Assembly: GCA_951406725.2 (NCBI GenBank)
Contig: OX597836.1
Coordinates: 8,184,001-8,248,000 of the forward strand
Direction: 5' to 3'
DNA: 64,000 nucleotides
Origin: Octopus vulgaris
Lineage: Eukaryota
In this document: piece after piece, positions 55,096-64,000 of the stretch
Layout of the letters: every line of letters begins with the position of its first letter
Position numbering within the stretch: position 1 is the stretch's first letter
The notes under the pieces: generated by a model
Databases searched by the model: none
The model's input: only the letters and a program-made list of their open reading frames with translations
Told to the model about the DNA's origin: nothing
Translations under genes and position numbers: made by a program

Positions 55096-55323
55096 ACGAT
55101 TGTTATGTGATGTAACCACCACCCCATCAATTACAATAATTAAACTTAATTACGGTCGTGTCATCATCAAACTGGGTAATAGAACTAATATTCCTGAGAA
55201 TTAAACCTAAATGAGTTGATAGTGTCACGTGGTGCATTACAGTATCACGTGAAACTTATACTATGTTGTGTCATGTGGTACTATGTTATATGAAATGTCA
55301 CATGGTACAATACACACACAGAT

Positions 55324-55556
55324 AAGGCGGCGAGCTGGCAGAAACGTTAGCACGCCGGGCGAAATGCTTAGCGGTATTTCGTCTGTCGCTACGTTCTGAG
55401 TTCAAATTCCGCCGAGGTCGACTTTGCCTTTCATCCTTTCGGGGTCGATTAAATAAGTACCAGTTACGCACTGGGGTCGATATAATCGACTTAATCCGTT
55501 TGTCTGTCCTTGCTTGTCCTCTCTGTGTTTAGCCCCCTGTGGGTAGTAAAGAAATA
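55324..55556 (+). mobile_element. Young full-length SINE family B with ~17-bp TSD
   Basis: ggtacaatacacacaca occurs at 55304-55320 and again from 55557. Confidence 0.92.
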
Positions 55557-55562
55557 GGTACA

Positions 55563-55613
<51 letters not shown>

Positions 55614-56012
55614 GAAATATAAACTGTAATGTGGTAATCTATGCATATTAATTTGACATGGGCGATTCTTTCTTGTCTTGGGATTCACAGTCAAACGACT
55701 GGGTGGAAATACGCGAAAAATTACACAGATGTGTAGAATGATCCGGTGGTGTTGCTGGGCTTTGTCTTTTTTCTGTAGCGTTTTGTTCTTGCACAAATCA
55801 CTTCGTTTCACGTTGCTCCAGTCCACTCAGCTGGCAAAAAGGAGTAATCCTGCGACAGACTAGCTCCCCGTCCAGGTGAGGAATTTATACGCCGTGGAAA
55901 CCGAGAAACCTGCACGTTGCTCCTTACGCATCACCGTGGACTAACCTACTGTAATCTATGTAATCCGGCACAATATACTGGAGCATAATATAGTACTATT
56001 GATTATGATGTA

Positions 56013-57361
56013 CACAAGCATGACAGAAGTAAATAGACGCCCCATAGAACATCGTTTTGTGTTTATTCTAACTTATAAAGGTTTATATTTTTTATTAATT
56101 GACATTTCTATGTTTCAGGTTCTATACGTGACTGTTTAATCATGTCATGTACAAAATTTGAAAGAGGCCGCATCATGGGTCATTCTGAAATTGGACATAA
56201 CGTAAAATCACAGAAAACTAGGGAATGCCGCTTTCAACAGTTAATAGAGTGATTGTGCAATTCACTGGAGAAAGGAAAGAGTCCACATCACCTCACCCAT
56301 GTACAAAAGAAATCTTGGAACTGTCTGAATTTCAAAGAGGCCGCATTGTGGGTTATTCTGAAAGTGGACACAGTCAGAGTAAAAAGACAGAAAATCTTGG
56401 GATTTCCGCTTTCTACAGTTAATAGAATGATTGTGCAATTCCCCAGAGAGGGGAAGAAGTCCGCATCACCTCGCCCAGGTCGACCAAGGCCCTCTGTCAG
56501 GACCCTTCTCTTTGCTAAGAGAAGTGTAGAGGATAATCTTCGTTGTAAGGCTTCTGACAGCAATCGATGTCAGTTTCAGAACAGCTGACAGGTATCCCCA
56601 GAAACGTGGTTACTATGGCAGAGCAGCAAGATGAAACCCACTTCTTTGACCAGCCAACATCAAGCGGAGAAAAGATTGGGCCAGTGAGATGGTGGAGAGG
56701 CCATTAGCATTTTAGGACACTGTCATGTTCTCTAATGAGTCCAAATTTACTGTGTTTCCTGACAGTGGTCGAGTGTGGGTCTGGAGACACTGTGATCAAG
56801 AATTTGATGTGAAAAGATTGCAGCCAACAATGAAACACAGCGGCTATTCTGTGATGGTCTGGGAAGCAATTTGGAGCAATGGTTGATCAGAGCTGGTGGA
56901 GTGTGAGGGAAACATAAACTCAGATAAATGTGTTCATATCGCAAAAAGGATTCCTTCCAATCTTCTCCAGTGATGAAATGATTAAAGAAGACTCTTTATT
57001 TATGGAAGATGGGTCTCCTTGTCACACGGCTAAAATGACACAAGATTTGTTGCATGAGACTAGCATTGAAAAGCTTCCATGGTCAAGTCAGTCGCTAGAT
57101 ATGAATCCTATTGAACACCAATGAGACGTAATGGACAGGATACTTCATAAACTTCAAAGCCAGATCTTTTATGATTACTACATGAAACTTGGCAAGCAAT
57201 TCCCAAGAGAATATTCGTCGTCTGATCAGTAACATGCAAAGGGCATATCAACTAAATATTATATATTCACATTAAAACAATAAATACTTTGAATGTATAA
57301 TTTCAGACTTAAATAAACATTAATGATTATAAGGGTGTCTTTTTACTTCTATCATGTGTGT
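56013..57361 (+). mobile_element. Tc1-like (DD34E) transposon, both TIRs present, transposase disabled
   Basis: Left end TA|cacaagcatgacagaagtaaatagacgccc matches the right end gggtgtctttttacttctatcatgtgtg. Motifs [16 protein letters not shown] and FMEDGSPCH..WSSQSLDMNPIE, with 34 residues between D and E. Confidence 0.92.
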
Positions 57362-57499
57362 TTGATATTATACAATGCACTTTAGCGTATATAAAACATG
57401 GTACATGATGCTTTAGAGTACATAATACTCGAGCCTATCATATATAATATAGGACTATACTGTCGTGTATGTAATATGCTAGAATGTATTACAGTGTAG

Positions 57500-57845
57500 T
57501 GAAAGCACATGGCTCAGTGGTTAGAGCGTCGGCCTCACAATGATGAGGTAGTGATTTCGATTCTTGGACTGGGCTGTGTGTTGTGTTCTTGAGCAAGACA
57601 CTTATTTCACGTTACTCCAGTTTACTCAGCTGTAGAAATGAGTTGTGATATCACAGGTGCCAAGCTGTATCGGCCCCTTTGCCTTCCCCTTGGACAACAT
57701 TGGTGGCGCGGAGAGGAGAGGCTGGTATGCATGGGCTACTGCTGGTCTTCCATAAACAACCCTGCCCGGGCTTGTGCCTCGGAGGGGAACTTGCTAGGAG
57801 CAATCCCGTGGTCATTCATGACCAAAGGGGGTCATTACCCTTTAT
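57500..57845 (+). mobile_element. tRNA-derived SINE family C-related (second head at ~58000-58080)
   Basis: tggctcagtggttagagcgtcgg...ttcgattc...gtgttcttgagcaagacactt...actcagctgtagaaatgag. Confidence 0.8.
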
Positions 57846-58576
57846 CATAGTGTATATATTATATGGTACGATGTACTATTATGTATGTAGTGTATGGTTC
57901 ATTGTACTTTAGTGTATATAATATAGTACACTATAAAATAGGCAATATAATATAGTACAATATACAGTCGTGTATGCAAAAATGTATTATAGTGTAATGA
58001 AGACACATGGCTCAGCGGTTAGGGCATCGGGCTCACAATGATGAGGTAGTGAGTTCGATTCCCGGACTGGGCTATATGTTGTACTATATAATACAGTACA
58101 ATATACTGTCGTGTATGCAACAGATTGTAGTGCAATGTATTATAGGGTATGAGTCAGAGAGATGGCAGAAGCGTAGGCACGTCGCAAAAATTGCTTAGCG
58201 CCATTTCTTCCGCGTCTTTACGCTCTGAGTTCAAATCCTGCTGTGGTCAACTTCGCTTTTCATCCCTTCGGGATCGATAAAGTCCCTCTCTCTCTCTCTC
58301 TCTCTCATGCACACACATATTGTCTTTCATATACACGTACATAAATGCATATGTATACATCTTTTTTTTTTTGTATGTGTGAGTGTGCATTTGAGAGATA
58401 GACGATACAAAGGCGGACAGGAGAAGCAACAATTAGGACAGGCAAAAAAAAGACAGGTCATTCGTGGCCTTCTTTCCTCATTCAAGTATGCCAGAAGTCC
58501 TTACTGTTTCGATATATATATATATATGTATATATATATGTATATATTTATATTTATATATATATATATATATATC

Positions 58577-58786
58577 TAGTTAGTTAATCCAAACAAGAAA
58601 GCACAAAAAAACACAACAACGCGAGTACGTGGAACAAATATAGTATTATTGGACGCTCGGGAAAGGGAAGAAGGAGGGTTTAACGTTTCGAGCGGAGCTC
58701 TTCGTCGGAAACATAGGAGAAGGAAAGATCCAGAGATGGGAAGACAGAGGAAAAAAATCGCCAACGGTACACACGAGGTCACATTA
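58577..58786 (-). mobile_element. Penelope-like terminal fragment in (TA)n with minimal hammerhead-like motif (58681-58708)
   Basis: Minus strand: gttt CCGACGA agagc tcc gctc GAAACGTTA aac. A related fragment lies at ~10150-10212. Confidence 0.6.
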
Positions 58787-59134
58787 TATATATATATATA
58801 ATACGCCACATGCATTTGTATAATTTTTTTTTTTAATTTTGTGAGTGACACTTAACTATTTGAAGCTGTTGAATTTGTTTCACTTTAAATGATTTACTTC
58901 CTAAATCATTTGATACGAGACTATCTTCGACACATGGGCTGGATTCGTTCTGTTCATTTTTGGGGCTTTCGAAAGTTCATTCTCTGTTGTCTCCTTTGTC
59001 TCGTTGTGCTCAAGTGATGTATTCATGTTCATAAATTATGATGACCAACATATTTCCCCCCTTTTTTCTCATTGGTAAATCTAATCAATACACACAAAAC
59101 ACGCTATTTTAACATATATTTAATACGCTACATG

Positions 59135-59535
59135 TACTCCTTTACTTGTTTCAGTCATCTGGCTGCGGCCATGCTGGAGCACCGCCTTTAATCGAGCAAC
59201 TCGACCCCGGGACTTATTCTTTGTAAGCCCAGTACTTATTCTATCGGTCTCTTTTGCCGAACCGCTAAGTGACGGGGACATAAACACACCAGCATCGGTT
59301 GTCAAGCAATGCTAGGGGGACAAACACAGACACACAAACATATATATATATATATATACATACATATATACGACGGGCTTCTTTCAGTTTTCCGTCTACC
59401 AAATCCACTCACAAGGCTTTGGTCACCCCGAGGCTATAGTAGAAGACACTTGCCCAAGGTTCCACGTAGTGGGACTGAACGCGGAACCATGTGGTTGGTA
59501 AACAAGCTACTTACCACACAGCCACTCCTGCGCCT
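59135..59535 (-). mobile_element. SINE family A, full length
   Basis: Reverse complement of the 21636-22050 family sequence. Confidence 0.92.
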
Positions 59536-60138
59536 ATTTATTTATATATATAGACTTATTCCGCTATTCATTATTCTACTTCATGTATTCCACTGTATTC
59601 CACTTTTACCTTTTGAAGTCAACTTACTAAGAGTATCGTATTCAACTTTAACCTATTTATTATAACGCTGTATGCTTGTATTTCTTGGTTTATCCAAAAA
59701 AAAAAAAAATTGTATTACTGAATGGAAGTTAAGCAGGCCAAGGTGTTATCGCCTCCTCATGTCTACACAAAAACTTTGTTCTTCAACAATTTTTTTTTTC
59801 TGTGAATATGGACAATCATGCTTATTATGTACTTTTGTAGCTTTTCCACGGAATGTGTGTCAAATATTTTGCAAACACGCAGCTTTTGCATAATTTCAAC
59901 TTGCTGTCTTTTGACAACCTTTTGAAAATGTAACCTGTTCGTAAAATCATAGACGCAACGTATAAATATGCATGTATTTTGGACGTTTTAAATACATATA
60001 TGCAAGTACAACATTTGTGAAACTAGGTAGAACATTTATTGCAAAAAAATAGCATAATATAGAATAACGAGTGAATCATTGATTACAACAGGTTGCACAT
60101 AATCAAAGTAAACAGAACAGCATAGTATTTGGAGAGTT

Positions 60139-60355
60139 AAGGCGGTGAGCTGGCAGAAACGTTAGCACGACGGGCGAAATGCTTAGTGGTATTTCGTTCA
60201 TCTTTACGATCTGAGTTCAAATTTTGCCGAGGTCGACTTTGCCTTTCATCCTTTCGGGGTCGATAAATTAAGTACCAGTTGAGGACTGGGGTCGATCTAA
60301 TCGACTGGCCGCCTCCCCAAAAAATTTCGGGCCTTGTGCCTAGAGTTGAAAAGAA
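60139..60355 (+). mobile_element. SINE family B
   Basis: aaggcggtgagctggcagaaacgttagc...gtcgactttgcctttcatcctttcggggtcg. Confidence 0.9.
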
Positions 60356-61163
60356 AATGATATTTGGGGAGTCATAAATATAACACTGTGTAACACGATT
60401 TTTGTCCTTGAGTAGCAACTGTTATTTCCTATTTGCTTATCCGTAGAAAGTATGAAAAATGGATAATATTTCCTTCAAAGTTTGCTTAAGTTACATTTAG
60501 TCAAACCCCAAAGAATCCCTCTCAGTACAAGGAAATAATGCTTCCCCACTATTCCTGCTCATGATCAGAGATGCACATACTGTCAGCCACTAAGGGACAT
60601 GCTTCAGTGGTTAAGGTCAAGCAATTTAGAAGCAGATCTGTGGCATTGAGCAGAATATTTGTTATAATTTTATTTTTGCTTCAGCAACTCAGCGCTGAAT
60701 CTCTCTGAAATGTAATGGAAGATAGGTCAGTTTGAAAACGCTGACGTCCAGGTCACAAAAGCAAAATTTGAAGGGAATAGCAGTCATTTCCTTTGATTTA
60801 TAGACAGAAGCACGTAGGAAATAACACTTACTGACCAAAGACAAAAAAATATAAATAAAGATAAAAATTTTGTTAGTGTAATTTTCATTTTATCCTGTTT
60901 TTTTTGGGGGGGGGGGGAGGGGCATTTTTATTTACTTCCCTATTGTCTCATTAGCAACTTTTATCTTGTACTTTTTTCAGCAAAAGACCCGTCCTTATTG
61001 ACAGCTCGGACACTCTAATAGATATTTAAGCATCCACACACAATTCTGCCTCTCTTAAGACTTGTCGAAATATACTAACCTTGCATATAGTAACACATCT
61101 GGATATGTCCTGTCGTAAAGATGATTTAGATATATATTTCTTTATTGCCCACAGAGGGGGCGC

Positions 61164-61455
61164 TGGCGTGACTGTGTGGCAAGAAGTTTGCTTCCCAATC
61201 AAATGGTTTCAGGTTCCTTCTCACTGCACGGAACCCTGAGCAGGTGTCTTCTACTGTAATCTCGGGTCGGCCAAAGCCTTATGAGCAGATTTTACGGGCG
61301 GAAACTGAAAGAAGCGACCAATAGAATAAATGTCAGGCTTTAAAAAAAAAGTACTGGAGGTGGTGGTGGAGGGAGGTCGATCCGTTCAACTAAAATTCTT
61401 CAAGGTGGTGCCCCAGCATGGCCGCAGTCTAGTAACTGAAACAAGTAAAAGAACA
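61164..61455 (+). mobile_element. SINE family A, internally deleted
   Basis: Head gtgactgtgtggcaagaagtttgc; tail cagcatggccgcagtctagtaactgaaacaagtaaaag. Confidence 0.8.
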
Positions 61456-61609
61456 AATATTACTGGGAATTGTATGAAAAATTGTTAAAATATTTTGTGT
61501 GTTGCAGAAGTGTAACCAGTTTATTGCACGTAAATTTTAACAAAGAAAACATAAATTGACCCCAACAAGGGTCATATAAGATTTTGTTGTTGAGAACCAC
61601 TGCTCTGAA

Positions 61610-62630
61610 TGGTCATTCAATCTGCAAGAAATAACAGTCATGTCTCTCTCCAATCACAGTTTTCATCTGTGTTTCTCAACCATCTTTTTACCCATGGACC
61701 CCTTCAGTCCCCTATTTCATCTCGCTTTTATCTTGAGATTCCATTTGATGTGCTGCAGCCTGCGTTTGCTGATCTTGGGAAAGTTTCATCTTCCTTCTGT
61801 ATTGAGACTCCATCAGATGTGCTGCAGCGTGCCTTTGCTGATCTTGGGAAAGTTTCATCTCACTTCTCTCTTGAGACTCTCGCCTTCGGTTTTCTACAAT
61901 CCTCCTTGTTTTATAATTGTTACTGGAGAGATTACGTCTTTTCTTTGGTGGCATATTTTTTTCAATATTGTAAACCAAAAATTATGAACCTGGAAGAAAT
62001 TATACAGTAATCTCTATTATTGTAAGCAGTTGTATGTATGTAGTATGTCTTTATTTTTGTATGCAGAATAAATTAATCAAATACATGCAAATTAACCAAA
62101 TAGCAGCACATGTGTGAACTGCTAATTTAACGGTAAATTTGCAACTACTGCGATAATTATTAACTGGTAATTGAACGGTAAATATATAATTCCGTATACC
62201 TTGGACTTGTCACCTCATTGTTTTTTGTCAAGAGTTTCACCTCCAGCCGTTTCTTTTGTCAATCAACACACATATACTGACACACCATTTCGCTGTCGTG
62301 GCCGTAAAGACAGAAAGTTGCCGATGCGTAATGTTGCCCACATTAGGATATAATTAGAATTAAAAGTGAAAGAATAAAAGTGAAACGATATTATATCACA
62401 TTACAATATAGATGTTATTCTTTCACTTTTGACATGTAATACCGAACCAGTGCCAAGGTTGTATTGCTTTAATCCAAATGAGAAAAAAATTACATGATGA
62501 CACTCACGGGGTCTGATACTATTACCATGTAAAATTTGATTTGATTTGGTTGAGCCGTTTGAGAATACATTGGCAACAGACAGGCGGACAGAGAGACAAA
62601 AACTTTTATTTATATATATATACAGAGAGA
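61610..62630 (-). mobile_element. Helitron 5' fragment: A|TC terminus plus RepHel N-terminus with 23-aa STPR-like repeats
   Basis: The minus strand starts a|TCTCTCTGTATATATATATAAATAAAAG..TGTCCGCCTGTCTG..CTCAAACGGCTCAACCAAAT..AAATTT, a typical Helitron 5' end. The downstream ORF reads MPPKKRRNL..ESQERSEMKLSQDQQRHAAAHLM/ESQYRRKMKLSQDQQTQAAAHQM/ESQ. Confidence 0.75.
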
Positions 62631-63289
62631 TGAACTTTAACAACAAAATCTTATATGGATCCTCTATGGTCATATGAATCCTTCAGGGTCAGATCCGACT
62701 GACAACAACTGGATTTGCTGTATCAGAGCTGAACTAGGGTTAAACAACAACAACAGCAGCAACAACAACGACAACAACAACAGCACCGACAACAATAATT
62801 CCGATAGTACTGCGTTAATGTAACGATAGATTCTAAATAATACATAATACAATAATATAAATCGATGAGCAAATATATTTGATTGGTTTCTGTTGAACTA
62901 GGAAGGGGATGAGGGTGGCGAGAGGCGTGAGCGTTAATGGTGAGAGTAGGAGGGAGAGGGATTGGGTGGGGGTGTATGAGAATTGGTAGTGGGGGGAAGG
63001 GGAAGGGCGGTTGGGTAGCAGACGGTGTGAGTGTTGGCTATGAAGATAAGGAGGAGGGGACGGTGACGAAAGTGTGAGCGTCGGGGGGTGGGGTGAGTAG
63101 GAGGATGGGTTATGTGAGTATGAGTATTGGTGGTGAGGGTAGGAGGGAAGGGTGATGGCGAAAGGAGTGAATGTAGGGGGGTGGGGGAAGAGAAGGGCGG
63201 TGGCGGTGTTGGTGTTAATTCAGATTTGGAGATGTGTGACAGCTTAAGAAGTGACGGTTGTTGTGGGGAGACAGAATGTGTCTGCGATT

Positions 63290-63492
63290 GCGCGCGCGCA
63301 TATGTGTGTGTGTATGTGTGGATATGTGTGTGAGTGTATGTGTGTGAGTGTATGTGTGCATGTGTGTATGTGTGCATGTGTGTATGTGTGCATTGTGTAT
63401 GTGTGCATGTGTGTATGTGTGCATGTGTATGTGTGTTAATCCGGTTGTGTGTGTTTGTGTGGTTGTCTACTCTATAAGAGTGCATGCATGTG

Positions 63493-63524
<32 letters not shown>

Positions 63525-63579
63525 CTCGTGTGCATGTGGGAGTGTATGTATTTGTGTAGTTGTGTATGCATCTGTATGC

Positions 63580-63624
<45 letters not shown>

Positions 63625-63870
63625 CGCGTGGGTTTGGGGAGAGGTTATGTGGAGCAGTGTACGAGGTTTGTGTATTTATGTGTGCTTGTGTGTGTTTGCA
63701 TTTTTGTGTGTGTGTATTTGTGTGTGCATATGTATGTGTGTGTATTTGCGTGTGTGTGCTTAGTGTGTGTTTGTGTGTATATGTGTGTATGTATGTGTGT
63801 GTGCGTGTGTATCTGTCTGTCTCGACATTGTTGTGTGAGTGTGTGTGGGGGGGATGTGTGTGTGTGAGGG
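63290..63870. repeat. Degenerate (TG)n/(TGTA)n microsatellite field
   Basis: Seen directly. Confidence 0.95.
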
Positions 63871-64000
63871 ATGTAGAGGAGAGTTGTTATGGAGAGTAGG
63901 CCCGAGAAAATAGGACGAAGGATGAGCTAGAGGATGGTGAGAGGAGACTTAATGCAAGAAGGGAGGAAAGTTAGAGGGTGGAAGATGAGAGTGAGGAGTG

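Noticed and set aside
62900-63250. G-rich tract with G-quadruplex potential
   Set aside because: Comparable purine- or G-rich low-complexity tracts are common in this window; nothing indicates function.

Overview
AT-rich, microsatellite-saturated metazoan DNA. The SINE families and repeat landscape look like an Octopus (coleoid cephalopod) intron or intergenic region; this is an inference. No intact host protein-coding gene is supported, and almost every ORF in the track is a translated simple repeat or SINE. The recognisable content is transposon-derived: a ~1.75-1.8 kb Helitron-derived tandem array (1-7300), and remnants of Ty3/Gypsy pol, two mariner, one piggyBac, one Tc1, R4/Dong-like, RTE and CR1/L2 LINEs, Penelope-like elements and a Helitron 5' end with 23-aa STPR-like repeats, plus many tRNA-derived SINEs. 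Three things stand out. (1) A 2.9 kb non-autonomous foldback element (2255-5180) has ~1.3 kb near-identical inverted arms, GGTAC termini and an 8-bp TSD (Merlin-like); its empty site is visible in the neighbouring tandem unit, and both arms carry the same retroposon. (2) Minimal hammerhead-ribozyme-like motifs with recurring non-canonical cores (CUGUUGA, CCGANGA) are dispersed in Penelope-like fragments lodged in (TA)n tracts. (3) A 26-bp-stem hairpin recurs in every unit of the Helitron-derived array, with a conserved stem and a variable loop. Coordinates of degraded repeats are approximate.
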